Shown piece by piece: positions 24,601 to 37,100 of a stretch of DNA of 64,000 bases. Made by a program: the position numbers and the translations under genes. Each line of letters begins with the position of its first letter. Within the stretch, counting starts at the first letter, position 1. Under the pieces are notes generated by a model. That model saw nothing but the letters and a program-made list of their open reading frames with translations, was not told where the DNA came from and made no database searches. Origin of the DNA: Raillietiella orientalis (lineage: Eukaryota); the NCBI GenBank assembly GCA_036172245.1, contig JAYWIR010000026.1:2852001-2916000 (forward strand). Direction: 5' to 3'.

Positions 24601-27130
24601 TCTTGAGCTATCTCGAGAAGAGGACCGACGACCTCCAGCGGAACAGACTGGAGGAGGAGTTCTCCGAAGAAAAGGTGAAGACTGCGTTTGGGCAACTTCG
24701 CAAGGACGTGGCAGCGGGCCCTGACAGTGTACCCATCACTCACTATCAGCGGTACCTGCACGCCTACCTGCGCTTGTTCCACCAGTTGACCCTGTGCATC
24801 CGGAAAGAAGGCAGACTACCTCAGTCCTTCTACGAGAGTCGGATGAGATTGCTGCCGAAAGGAGGCGACTCTACTCAGATCGCCGAATGGAGGCCAATCT
24901 CGATCCTAAACTCCGATGCCAAGTGGTTGGCCAAGATCTGGTCCAATCGCTTAGGCAAGGTCATGTCGAGGCTGATCTCTCCGGTCCAGACATTTGCAGT
25001 CCCAGGACGACACATGTCGGACAATGTCAAGTGTGCCCAGGCCACTGTTGGACTCAGTCGATACGTCAGCGAGAACCTGGTGCTGGTGTTCACTGACATG
25101 GAGAAGGCCTTCGACTCCATCGACCATGGGATGCTGCTGAAGGTTCTGGAGAAGCTAGGGCTTCCGGAACACTTCAGCAACTTCGTGAGGGCGGTACTCC
25201 AGAACCAGTACTGCCGGATCAAGATCAACGGCCAGGAGACGGCAGCAATCAGGATGGAACGAGGAGTCAGACAGGGCGACTCGCTAAGTCCGATGCTGTT
25301 CGTCATCTATATGGAGGCGTTGTCGTCCTTTATCGAGAAGAGCGGACGACTAAGCGGGATTACCATCGATAGCCAGCGTCTTACCCATCTGGCATACGCC
25401 GATGATCTACTCTTCTTCATCAAGGGAAAGAAAAATCAGCGTGCGTTTCTGGATGTGGTGGACCAGATGGAACAGGGCTTGGGCTTAAAAATCAATTCCC
25501 AGAAGAGCCAGCTTTTGCCCGTCGGAATCCTGGATCTCTCCACTCTAACGGGTAGTGGATTCCGTACGGTGGACACGGCCAAGTACCTGGGAGTCTACAT
25601 CGGCGACGGCTCTGCGTCGAAGCTGCTGTGGAAAGAAATCCTGGGGAAAACGGCCAAGGAAGCAGCCAAGTACACCCGAACGGACCTTGGGATGAAGCGA
25701 AAGGCCAACATATGGAACGGAGTACTCCTTCCGAAAGTGCTCTTCGGGGCGGCCTTCGCGAGGATGAACAAGGACACTACTGGGGAGTTCGACAAGCTGC
25801 AAAGAAAAACACTCTGGGGCCACTATCGTCCAAGAGTAAGACTGAAACCCCTGTGTCGTCCCAGGGAAGAAGGCGGTTCCGGGATGAAGTCGCTTGCACA
25901 TTCCATGGAAATCATGGATACGCGACACATCCTGGACATGGCCACTTACTGGGATGACTGGCCGTATGCGGCGCACAGGGCCTACGCGTTGTTGCTTAAC
26001 AACTCGAAAGGCCTGATGACTGCGCTGCTAGGCCGAGCAGGCAAATGGAACAAAATCGACCCCTTCTGGACGAGGAAGCAACGGCTGGTGCGGAAGCACC
26101 AAATCAAGATCGTGCCGCGAAGCAGGGAACTCTGGCAGGACGAGTCCATCCTGGTGATCCCTTGGTTGCTTCCTGTCCCGCCGGACACGAGAAGCTGGAT
26201 CTACCAGCGGTCCAGAATTACCCTACTGCAAATCCAGGAGTGGAGGCGAGGAGGCTACCTACATCAAACACGTATACTTCGGTATACAGAGATGATGTTA
26301 GGAAGGTTTACCCACAGGACCCGCGAAGTGTGGTTCAACCACAACGACTTCGCATGGTCGAGGGTAACCAGAACAAACCTCCAAAGGCTTATCCAACAAA
26401 ACGACCGTGACACCAGTGCCCTCCAGGAAGCCACCGAACGCTACGGGAGTGAACAGTTCAATTTGTTAGCGATCGGCACGACGCTCTGGAGGAGTGACCT
26501 TCCGCCGGGCACCCAGGATGACCTCCTGATGTGTTATCACGGAGGAATCCAGAGTGGGTCCCGATTGCAGCACTTTACAGGAAGACGGGAAGACCGAGAC
26601 TGCGCAGCATGTGGAGACGACGACACGAGACTTTACGTCTTGACGTGTCCCACACTCCTGCATGACTGGCTGATCCTGAAAAGGATCATAGGACTAACCA
26701 ACAAGTCCGTTATGGAGATCCTCGCCGGGATGTTTCATTGGGATGGTAATGTTCCCTGTTACAATCCCATGGTGAGGACGACCACAGCCCTCTTCATCAC
26801 CGCCATACTTGTGCGGTAGTGGAAAATGAGGAAAGCCAGAAGAGCCGCACCACCGATGGAGATCCTACTAGGGCTCTTGAAGAGGGAAATCGGCATCAGG
26901 AACTGCGGGAAGATCTACGCCTGGACGTACCGATTCATCCTGAAGAGGATCCAGGACGACGCCCGGGACCATCCAGCTGGAATTCCTTCCTGAAAAGCAG
27001 AACTCTAGTGCAACCCAAGGACCCCCAAGTGCAAAATAATTGTATTGAGTGAATGAGAGTGCGAATGTAAATTTTGTATTTTTATAGAAAAATAAAATTA
27101 CCCCACCCCTTGTGGGACTTGGGGAAACCT
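21650..27130 (+). mobile_element. Element H: family-H retrotransposon lacking most of its 5' UTR, disabled
   Basis: ORF1 from 21676 with three CCHC knuckles; ORF2 23475-26993 with stops (790-aa RT fragment); AATAAA 27091-27096; highly similar to I. Confidence 0.94.
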
Positions 27131-27310
27131 GCCGAGTCGGTGAACTTGCTCCGCGGCTCGAAGTATTGTGCGCTTGACAACTTAATCAGTTCATTGTGCT
27201 CGTGTGTGCCCGGAAAGGGGAAGTTTTCCAGAAGAAACAAAAAAAGAAGCGGCGAGGAGATCGCGGCAAAAGACCTGCAGTGGTCCCGTGCAGCAAGACC
27301 AGCTGCCAGG

Positions 27311-29127
27311 ATGCAGGCACCTAGAAGAGGAGTGGAGAGAACGTCGTCCCCCATGGAAGCCATGGAGGTAACGTGCGGCAACGGCGAGGCGGTGGCAGGC
27401 ATGCCGAGGATCGCGCCCGCGGCGGGCTTTGCTGCGCCGGCGGCGGCGATGCCAAGGGTCGTGCCCGCGGCGACGACGGCGGAGGTCGTGCCCGCGGCGA
27501 CGACGGCGGAGGTCGTGCCCGCGGCGGCGACGCCGAGGATCGTGCCCGCGGCGGGGAAGGTCGCGCCTGCGGCGGCGATGCCGAGGGTGCCGCCCGCGGC
27601 GGTAACGGCGGCAACGTCGAGGGTTGCGCCCGCGGCGGTGGCGTCCCAGGCGGGACCCGCGGGCGTCCACGCGGTGCAGGGAGCGACGCCATCTTGTTCG
27701 GCTGCGGCGTCGCAGCCCTTTTCTTATGCGTCGGTGGCGGCTGCACAGGCGAGTGTCCACCCACCTAGGAAATTCGGTAAGCCGCTTAGCGGAAAAGTAC
27801 TAAAAGTGGACCGACCAATAGTGGAAATAGGCCCCAACGTGAAGCTTATTATCTTCAAGACGGGGCTAATAAAATTTAATAACATCAGGGAGGTCTATTT
27901 GTCCCTCGACAAGACGGACATAGACTTTGATCGCATTCAGGCAATCATTCCATCAAACAACGGGTTCACAGTCTTTACAGACTGTGAAAACATTAGAGAG
28001 CGATCGATCCAGAAGGGGATCAATATACAAGGACGGATGGTTTGTGGTATTGGCGAGATGCCATGCACAACCGTCTTTTTAAACGGCATCTCCATCCTCA
28101 CACCGCAACTAGCGGTGTGGAATTACTTGGAGCAGTTTGGGGAAGTTCTGGACATTGATTTCCAGAACTTCTCTGGAAACATATTCTCTGGCGACAAGAT
28201 CGCCAAGATGAAGTTGAGGGAGGGAGCGGTGATCCCTGGATTGGCCGTTATTGACGAACAATCCCAGGGAGTGAATGTGCGTTACCGGCAACAACCGCTA
28301 TTCTGCACCGGGTGCAAGCAGTTCGGCCACAGGGCCGGGGCTTGCCCAACGTGTCGTTGTTTGCGCTGCGGCAAAGTAGGACATCAAGTCCGAAACTGCC
28401 CGCAGCCGGAGGTGTGCTCCTTCTGCCAGAAACACGGACATGCGAAATGGAGCTGTCCGGAGTTTGAAAACTGCAGAAGGATTCGAGGTCTCTCTCCCGT
28501 GCGAGAGAGCGAAACATCAAGGAGGCCGAGCAGCCTCAGAAGGCAGGAAGGCAGAAAAAAGTGAAAGAAGCCGTCCCGGTGTCGGCGGACGGCTTCATAG
28601 AAGTGGGAAAGAAGGGAAAGAGGAGGATGCTCGTCAAGGAGCAAGGATCTCCTCAAATCCTGGAAGCACCAGAGCAGGAAGGCGAGAAGATGGAGGTAGC
28701 GCAGGAAGGCGCGAAGGAAGAGAGACAGGAAGCCACTTAAGTGTCGCAGGAAGCTCTGCAGACTAAGGAGGAGTTGGCAACACTGGCGGAGGAGATCATG
28801 GAGGTGCAGAGCGGTCCTCAGCAAGAGAAAATCTTGCAGAAGATCTGCACTGCACAAGAGAACATCAACCAGGTGGTGGAGGTCGCTGAACGCGAGAAGT
28901 TAGAGGAACAGCTTCTCGACGTGAAGGCGAACTTCTGCGTCAAAGTCGAAATAGAGGCGCTATCTCGAAAATTGATCGCGCAGGCGGAACACTCTACGGA
29001 GGAGGCGGAAATTACCGACCTCACAGGTACGGAGTGTGACGCCGGCAGCGAGAAACCCGCTGCTTCTTCATTGTCTGGAAGAGCACGCTCTCTCAGACAG
29101 AAGAAGCTCAGGAAGGCCAAAAAATAG
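27311..29127 (+). pseudogene. Element I ORF1 (Ala/Pro-rich N-terminus, three CCHC knuckles, acidic C-terminal region), frameshifted after ~28500
   Basis: FSYASVAA; knuckles CTGCKQFGHRAGAC, CLRCGKVGHQVRNC and CSFCQKHGHAKWSC; C-terminal part in ORF 28741-29127. Confidence 0.88.
27400..27650 (+). repeat. GC-rich coding tandem repeat (VVPAATTAE-type units)
   Basis: 27-bp unit gtcgtgcccgcggcgacgacggcggag duplicated at 27458-27511; H (about 21765-21985) has one unit fewer. Confidence 0.85.
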
Positions 29128-29140
29128 GTCTTCCCCTTTT

Positions 29141-32100
29141 ATGGCCTCTTCCCCATCGACCGCCAGGAGGATAAACATCGCCTCCTGGAACGTAAACGGT
29201 GTGGTCGACCAGGGAAAAAGAAGAAGGATTGTGCGGACCATCGCACAACAAGACATCGTGTGCCTGCAGGAGACCCACAGGATGGGTCTCGAGATAAGCC
29301 AGCGAATAGAACGGCGATTCAACGGGCAGATGTTCGTCAACGAAGGAGAACGTAACACGAAGGGTGTGGCGGTGCTAATAAAGAACCAGTTAGCCCCCAC
29401 TATTCTGGAAGTGTTCTGTCCCCAACCCGGACGAATCATCGGCGTGCGACTGGCCTGGTCCGCGACTGTTCACCTTATCCTGGTGAACGTGTACGGGCCG
29501 CACAGGCTAAAACATCGTTGTGCGGAGGCGCTGCATGCAACACTCCGGCAAAAGGTCGCCCCTAAGGACGTCGTGATAGTTGCTGGCGATCTCAACATCT
29601 TGGATGAGATCATTCATTCGGAAGACGCCAGAGGAAGGACGCCGTATCGACGGCTATCCGAGGAGTTCGGACTGGTCTGGCGAACAGCAAGCCACAAGCC
29701 AATCGATCACGTCCTGCACAGCACCGAACTTGGGAACCGCATCCAGGGGTTTCGCGACACTATGACTACGGTGTCCGATCACCCTTTGGTGCGGTTTTCC
29801 CTAAGAACGGAGAATCCTCGACGAAAGCAAGGCACCAGGGCGGCGCTCATCAGCATGCCCGCCTGGTTCGAAACCCATTTCGGACATCAGGCTGTCCTGG
29901 AGGCGATTCTGAGGGCAACAACAATCCGAAGAGTCGCCGACTGGGACAGCATGAAACACAGGATACACCTGTTTGCGAACATGCAGTTCGGGGATAGGCG
30001 CTTGAGGCAAGAGGCGTACCGGGAGCTGAACATCCAAGATCGCTCATTCTCAAAGTACTTCGATCAGTACGAGAGTCGGTACGTCCTCAATAACATAAAA
30101 GAAGAAGTCGGCGTGCTGGAGAAGAGAAATCTGGCAACAGATATCTTCTGCATCAGGTACGACGGCCAAAAGCGACAGTCGTCTGAGGACATCGTGGATG
30201 CCTTTCACAGGCATTACACGAAACACTTCAGGCGACAACAGCTGTGTCGCTCTCGTCAACAGGCCTTCTTGAGCTATCTCGAGAAGAGGACCGACGACCT
30301 CCAGCGGAACAGACTGGAGGACGAGTTCTCCGAAGAAGAGGTGAAGACTGCGTTTGGGCAACTTCGCAAGGACGTGGCAGCGGGCCCTGACAGTGTACCC
30401 ATCACGCACTATCAGCGGTACCTGCACGCCTACCTGCGCTTGTTCCACCAGTTGACCCTCTGCATCCGGGAAGAGGGCAGACTACCTCAGTCCTTCTACG
30501 AGAGTCGGATGAGATTGCTGCCGAAAGGAGGCGACTCTACCCAGATCGCCCAATGGAGGCCAATCTCGATTCTAAACTCCGATGCCAAGTGGTTGGCGAA
30601 GATCTGGTCCAACCGCTTAGGCAAGGTCATGTCGAGGCTGATCTCTCCGGTCCAGACATGTGCAGTCCCAGGACGACACATGTCGGACAATGTCAAATGT
30701 GCCCAGGCCACTGTTGGACTCAGTCGATACGTCGGCGAGAACCTGGTGCTGGTGTTCACTGACATGGAGAAGGCCTTCGACTCCATCGACCATGGGATGC
30801 TGCTGAAGGTTCTGGAGAAGCTAGGGCTTCCGGAACACTTCAGCAACTTCGTGAGGGCGGTACTCCAGAACCAGTACTGCCGGATCAAGATAAACGGCCA
30901 GGAGACGGCAGCAATCAGGATGGAACGAGGAGTCCGACAGGGCGACTCGCTAAGTTCGATGCTGTTCGTCATCTACATGGAGGCGTTATCGTCCTTTATC
31001 GAGAAGAGCGGACGACTGCAAGGCATAACAATCGATGGCCAGCGTCTTACCCATCTTGCATACGCTGATGATCTACTCTTCTTTATCAAGGGAGAGAGAA
31101 ATCAACGAGCGTTTCTGGATGTGGTAGACCTGATGGATCAAGGCCTGGGTCTAAAGATCAACGCCCAGAAAAGCCAGCTCTTGCTCGTTGGAATCCTCGA
31201 TCTCTCCGCTTTAGCGGGAAGAGGATTCCGTACGGTGGACACGGCCAAGTACCTGGGTGTCTACATTGGCGACGACTCTGCGTCGAAGCTATTGTGGACC
31301 GAGATCCTAGGGAAAACGGCCAAGGAAGCAGCCAAGTACACCCGAACGGACCTTGGGATGAAGCGAAAGGCCAACATATGGAACGGAGTACTACTTCCGA
31401 AAGTGCTCTTCGGGGCGGCCTTCGCGAGGATGAACAAGGACACTACTAGGGAGTTCGACAAGCGGCAAAGAAAAACACTCTGGGGCCACTATCGCCCAAG
31501 AGTAAGACTGTGTCGTCCCAGGGAAGAAGGCGGTTCCGGGATGAAGTCGCTTGCACATTCCATGGAAATCATGGATACGCGACACATCCTGGACATTGCC
31601 ACTTACTGGGATGACTGGCCGTATGCGGCGCACAGGGCCTACGCGTTGTTGCTTAACAACTCGAAAGGCCTGATGACTGCGCTGCTAGGCCGAGCAGGCA
31701 AATGGAACAAAATCGACCCCACCTGGACGAGGAAGCAACGGCTGGTGCGAAAGCACCAAATCAAGATCGTGCCGCGAAGCAGGGAACTCTGGCAGGACGA
31801 GTCCATCCTGGTGATCCCTTGGTTGCTTCCTGTCCCGCCGGACACGAGAAGCTGGATCTACCAGCGGTCCAGAGTTACCCTACTGCAAATCCGGGAGTGG
31901 AGGCGAGGAGGCTACCTACATCAAACACGTATACTTCGGTATACAGAGATGATGTTAGGAAGGTTTACCCACAGGACCCGCGAAGTGTGGTTCAACCACA
32001 AGGACTTCGCATGGTCGAGGGTAACCAGAACAAACCTCCGAAGGCTTATCCAAGAAAACGACCGTGACACCAGTGCCCTACAGGAAGCCACCGGACACTA

Positions 32101-32650
32101 CGGGAGTGAACGGTTCAACCTGTTAGCGATCGGCACGACGCTCTGGAGGAGTGACCTTCCGCCGGGCACCCAGGATGACCTCCTGATGTTTTATCACGGA
32201 GGAATCCAAAGTGGGTCCCGATTGCAGCACTTCACAGGAAGACGGGAAGACCGAGACTGCGCAGCATGTGGAGACGACGACACGAGACTTCACGTCTTGA
32301 CGTGTCCCACACTACTGCATGACTGGCTGATCCTGAAAAGGATCATAGGACTTACCAACAAGTCCGTTATGGAGATCCTCGCCGGGATGTTTCATGAAGA
32401 TGGTAATGTTCCCTGTTACAATCCCATGGTGAGGACGACCATAGCCCTCTTCATCACCGCCATACTTGTGCGGTGGTGGAAAATGAGGAAAGCCAGGAGA
32501 GCCGCACCACCGATGGAGATCCTACAAGGGCTCTTGAAGAGGGAAATCGGCATCAGGAACTGCGGGAAGATCCACGCCTGGACGTACCGATTCATCCTGA
32601 AGAGGATCCACGACGACGCCCGGGACCATCCAGCTGGAATTCCCCCCTGA
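29141..32650 (+). CDS. Element I ORF2: uninterrupted APE endonuclease-reverse transcriptase-zinc finger (1169 aa from ATG 29141)
   Basis: ASWNVNG, CLQET, AGDLN, IDHV, SDH, WRPIS, DMEKAFD, GVRQGDSLS, YADD, KYLG and CAACGDDDTRLHVLTC all in one frame. Confidence 0.95.
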   Translation: MASSPSTARRINIASWNVNGVVDQGKRRRIVRTIAQQDIVCLQETHRMGLEISQRIERRFNGQMFVNEGERNTKGVAVLIKNQLAPTILEVFCPQPGRIIGVRLAWSATVHLILVNVYGPHRLKHRCAEALHATLRQKVAPKDVVIVAGDLNILDEIIHSEDARGRTPYRRLSEEFGLVWRTASHKPIDHVLHSTELGNRIQGFRDTMTTVSDHPLVRFSLRTENPRRKQGTRAALISMPAWFETHFGHQAVLEAILRATTIRRVADWDSMKHRIHLFANMQFGDRRLRQEAYRELNIQDRSFSKYFDQYESRYVLNNIKEEVGVLEKRNLATDIFCIRYDGQKRQSSEDIVDAFHRHYTKHFRRQQLCRSRQQAFLSYLEKRTDDLQRNRLEDEFSEEEVKTAFGQLRKDVAAGPDSVPITHYQRYLHAYLRLFHQLTLCIREEGRLPQSFYESRMRLLPKGGDSTQIAQWRPISILNSDAKWLAKIWSNRLGKVMSRLISPVQTCAVPGRHMSDNVKCAQATVGLSRYVGENLVLVFTDMEKAFDSIDHGMLLKVLEKLGLPEHFSNFVRAVLQNQYCRIKINGQETAAIRMERGVRQGDSLSSMLFVIYMEALSSFIEKSGRLQGITIDGQRLTHLAYADDLLFFIKGERNQRAFLDVVDLMDQGLGLKINAQKSQLLLVGILDLSALAGRGFRTVDTAKYLGVYIGDDSASKLLWTEILGKTAKEAAKYTRTDLGMKRKANIWNGVLLPKVLFGAAFARMNKDTTREFDKRQRKTLWGHYRPRVRLCRPREEGGSGMKSLAHSMEIMDTRHILDIATYWDDWPYAAHRAYALLLNNSKGLMTALLGRAGKWNKIDPTWTRKQRLVRKHQIKIVPRSRELWQDESILVIPWLLPVPPDTRSWIYQRSRVTLLQIREWRRGGYLHQTRILRYTEMMLGRFTHRTREVWFNHKDFAWSRVTRTNLRRLIQENDRDTSALQEATGHYGSERFNLLAIGTTLWRSDLPPGTQDDLLMFYHGGIQSGSRLQHFTGRREDRDCAACGDDDTRLHVLTCPTLLHDWLILKRIIGLTNKSVMEILAGMFHEDGNVPCYNPMVRTTIALFITAILVRWWKMRKARRAAPPMEILQGLLKREIGIRNCGKIHAWTYRFILKRIHDDARDHPAGIPP

Positions 32651-32787
32651 AAAGCAGAACTCTAGTGCAACCCAAGGACCCCCAAGTGCAAAATGTTTGT
32701 ATTGAGTGAATGAGAGTGCGAATGTAAATTTTGTATTTTTATAGAAAAATGAACTTACCCCACCCCTTGTGGGACTTGGGGAAACCT

Positions 32788-34147
32788 GCCGAGTCGGCGA
32801 TGGGGCGACTGCATGCAGCGTGCTTTTGCTCGTCGCGACGCTGCTTTTTACGGCTTTCGTAGCCTTTGCAGTGGGGCCTGCGCTGCAGTGGGGCTGTCCG
32901 GAACTCCGAAGGGACAACGGAACGGCGCAAGAAGTCTTCGCACTGTTGCGATCTTCCTGTTTTCCTACCTTTCCCTCCAGGGTGTTACGGATATTTCCTG
33001 GTTCCAGGCTCGGAAAGGTGCCTGCGAGTTCGGCAGAGAGGGAAGGCACGGCACGCGTCAAACCCTCGCGCCCCTTTTTAATTGGCTTCCCCGCCGTGAC
33101 TTTTCCCTTTCGGGGCGTTGCGGGCGGGGATGCTTTCTTTTTATCCGCCGATCGCTCGTGGTTTTTTTCGAGTGTTTGCGGACGACGTTTTTTATTTGCC
33201 GCTGCTGCTTTTCGTGCAGTGGTCTCTTGAACCCGACGAATTTCCGCTGCGGCTCTTTTTCTTGCAAGTACCGGGCACTTTTTGATTTCGTGCCAGGAAT
33301 CTTTGCAATAGCGGCATCTTGGAGAGGGGCACTCTTTAATTCGGTGCCCCTCCTTGCCGCACTGCTCGCACGCGCGAGTCTGGCCTATGAACCACAGGTG
33401 AACGACCGTGCCGTTCACCTGCAGCTGCTCAGGAACAACACGCCTGTTCGCGACGGTGATCCGCGCGGAGGCTTGTCCAATGTGGACAGAGGGGAAATCC
33501 TTAAGAGGATTTGGCCTCCTCCACAGAGCGTGCACGGTGGCGAACTTCGCCAGCACACTTACGACATCGCGGTCGGAGATTTCCGGTTCGATGTCGCACA
33601 ATTGAACGACAAAAGAGTCGTCAATCGCGGTAGGTAGGACTTCCTTGCCATTGATGGTTAACGGCGTACGGAGAAGGCGCTGCACAAGTGCTGCGTTCTT
33701 GCACCGAATCTTTGTATATTCCATCCTGCCAGCAGGCATTATGGCAAGGAGTTCCTCCTCGCGAACGCCGATACGGACGAGCTCATCATTGAGATCACGA
33801 CCGATTCTCCCGTTGAGGGGTCCACTGACCTTATAACGGAGTGCAGGCATGTATCCTGATGACACATATGCCTGGAACTCCGCATCGCAGGGTCCTGGTC
33901 TTTGGGAGGTAACGGCGGCGTAACTCCGCACCGGGGGCGAAGAAACCATTACGGAGGATGCGGCCACTTCAAGTGCAGCTGAAGTGCATCCAGTGGCTTG
34001 CTCCTCCACACTATCCTGTGTACTGGCCATGTTGCACTATGCTACTTGGCAGATTGCACAGTAACACACAAGTGCGAGCAAAAACGCAGGCACAAAGTTG
34101 CCCGATCGTTGGCGCGGATAGACGCGGAAACACGTCTGCACTGTACG
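32788..34147 (-). mobile_element. Segment J: 5' end and ORF1 of another family, cut by H/I
   Basis: ORF from 34030 with CEQCGKEGHRIKEC and CRYCKDSWHEIKKC; 5' AGACGTGTTT motif at 34128-34137. Confidence 0.9.
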
Positions 34148-37100
34148 AGCGCAGGAGATCGAACGGATCTCGGATGGGCGGCTGTTGTGGCGTTGCGGCA
34201 CCGCGAAATCAAGCGGTGTCGCCTTCCTGCTTCGGCCAGCCATCGAGACCGCAATAAAGGACGTTCGGTTCGATGACGCAGGTCGCGTCGGTCAACTGAC
34301 TCTCAGCTGGTCCGACTCTATCGACCTGGTCGTCACCAACCTATACGCTCCTAGCGGAAACAACGCGTTGAGGGCGAAGGCAAGAAGGGAATTCGACCTT
34401 GCCCTGAGACGCGATTGGCTGACCGATGCAGGAGTTCGCAAAGCGCACCTGATCGCAGGTGATTTCAACCTGCGCCTGCTTTCAGGTGCGCCGGATACAC
34501 TGAACGACCGCGTCCACGAGTTGTGCGCAGAAATGAACACGCGCAACTTGTTGGCCGGAGACACGGCCATGGAAAGCAGCATCGATCACGTGTACCTTGA
34601 TCAGCACCTATGCTCTCGGGTTGGCAGGCGCGGCAAGGTACCATCCGAGCTGTCGGACCATGGTCGGATCATGTTCGAAGTGCGTCCGCGCGACAAGGGC
34701 CCCCCCTCGTCAGCGTGGCGTCTGCCAGGGGACTGGCTGAAGTTTCCCGACGCGGCGGAGCACCTCCGCGCGTTTATTCGGAGCTTCAGGATGCAGACAC
34801 TTCAGGACTGGGACCGCTTCAAGCGGTCGGTTCAGGAGTTCTGCGATCAGTTTTCCCAGCATCGCCTACCTGCGGGATTTGGAAAGGGGCCGCGTAACGA
34901 AAGGCGCTATCTTCAGGCCCGACGTTACGCGACAACCTCCGACATGCGCAGGTTAGCAGAGTATCGAGCGGGAGCCGAGAGGCAAGCCTGGCAATCCGGG
35001 TCGGCCAGCTTGCTGGACGACCAGGGCCGGGAGCACTCGGTTCCCGCTCAGAAACGCGGGATAGTCAGGAAATTTTACTCCTCCCTGTACGCCAAGGCGC
35101 CTCCGGAGCGGGACGTCTCACGACTTCTGCTTCCGGAAGGTGCTCCAGCGATCGGGGAGGAGGAGAAAAGAAGCCTCTACGAGATCAGCCCGGAACAAAC
35201 ATATGCTGTTCCCGGGCGAAGCATGGAGGCGAACCTGTTCCACGCTTCCACCTGGCTAGAGCTCCAACAAGAAAGAAGCTTAGTGCGCAGCCGGAATTCC
35301 GGTGCGTGCGCCGGCAAGGGGTTCGATGGTCGGGTGGGGGAGGGAGCTCTTGCGGTCGCTGTCGACTTGCGTAAAGCGTTCGACAGCGTCGACCAGAATC
35401 TCCTTCTGGAGCTTCTGGAACGCTTGGGCTTCTCGGCCTAATTAGTGGCCTATATGCGCTCCTGCTAGCGCGATGCGCTCATCAATGTTACTTTCATCGG
35501 GCAGACCGTGCACTGAGTGCCGGTGCGGCGTGGGATCCGGCAGGGAGACAGCCTGAGCCCCTTGCTCTTCAGTACCTACTTTTAGTTGGTACTGAGAGCG
35601 TACAGGGAGACTCTTGCGCACCTGCCGCACGACTGTGCCGGTACGCCGGCCGTTTCAGCATACGCGGACGACCTTCTGCTGCTGCTCCCTATGTCGAGCC
35701 CGGCTGCGGCGGTCGAGGAGTTCTTCCACCTGCTGCATCGGGGAACCGGACTTACGGTGAACAGGGCGAAGTCGTCCGTGATGCCAGTTGGTGCGGCGTG
35801 GGCAGGGCAGCAGGACTGGGTCCGTTTGGGGATCCACACGGTGGAGTACTCCAAGTACCTTGGTGTGCCGTTGGGGGACTACTCCCCTGCGGAAGCGTGG
35901 TCCGGCTGCCTCCAAAAAGTAGAGACGGCGATCGGCCTGTTCCGAGGCGGCAGGTTTTTCCTGCCTGAACGGGCCGCGGTTTGGAACACGTTCGCGGCTC
36001 CTCTCCTCCGCCCCCTGCTTTTTGTTTGCCCCCCCACAGAGAGAATTAAAAAGCGGACAAAGGACCTCCTCCGTATCGCCCTACGGGGCAACTGGAGGGC
36101 CCGATTCCGCTTAAAGGACTTGTGCGCTCCTCGTCGGGATGGTGGTCTGGGCCTCCTGACGCTTGAGCGGCTGGAGCTTCAGCTCCAACTCCGAATGTCG
36201 GCACTCGTTTCAGAGTTGTGGCGCACCTGTTGGTGCGTCCCTGCACGTCTCTTTTTCCAGCAAGCCACCGGCAAAACGGGACTGACGTCGTTTCTTGCAC
36301 TCCGTCGCGGCGTCAACCGATGCGGACTACAGCTACGGAGGGTGGCTGCGGTGTATCGCAAGAACCCAGGATTGGTCACCTGTCGCACTTTGAACGGTAG
36401 TGCCTGGTTGCAGGAAACCGTTCGAACGTGGGGACAGTTCGGCATGCAACGCTCCCAACAGGAACGAAGGTTCCTGTTGGGGGGTTACAGTAGTTACACG
36501 CTCCGCGAGATCCTGGAGGATCCAAAGAAGAGAGAGTAGGCAGGAAGAACCCTCATCGCTGCTGCGCTGCCCTCCTTGATGGAAGATCTGGACAGCAATG
36601 TTGCGTCGAAGTGGGTGGTTGCAGTAACAATCTCAGGAAAGGAGATGAAGATAGGAGTGGAAGACGGGCCAGTTAACAGACGCTGCGACCCCGAGTACGC
36701 CTCCAAATGGACTTCTGCGCTGGGGCGCGTTGCTCGATGTTACCATTGAACATCTGAAGTGGCCCCCTGTGCTCATGAACACTTCCGCCCTCCCCTTAAA
36801 ATGGCAGGAGTTGGCTCTCCTGTTGCAGCACTGGGGACTCCCCTGCAACGCCCGCCGACACCACTGGACCTGGGGATCGGTGTACCCCAATTGCGTCTGG
36901 TGTGGGGAACGGGAGTCCCTCCCCCACCTGCTAGTGGATTGTGTTGCCCTTCGGCCCCTTCAGTTTCGCTTTGCCGCCGCCATCGGAATCCCCTGCGGCA
37001 AACCCAGGGACGCACTGAAAGCCCTCTTCGTTGCCGACGCCCTTCGGCCAGCGGCCTCGTTAGCAGCTTTGTGCTGCCTACGTGGGATCGTCACCGCTTG

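Larger units (their letters stand above)
27141..32787 (+). mobile_element. Element I: full-length (~5.6 kb) family-H retrotransposon
   Basis: Flanked by direct repeat (cct)gccgagtcgg at 27128-27140 and 32785-32797; carries ORF1 and an open ORF2. Confidence 0.96.

Noticed and set aside
32522..32787. C-terminal part of the 502-aa minus ORF and N-terminal extension of ORF 27074
   Set aside because: Chance read-through across insertion junctions into neighbouring elements.
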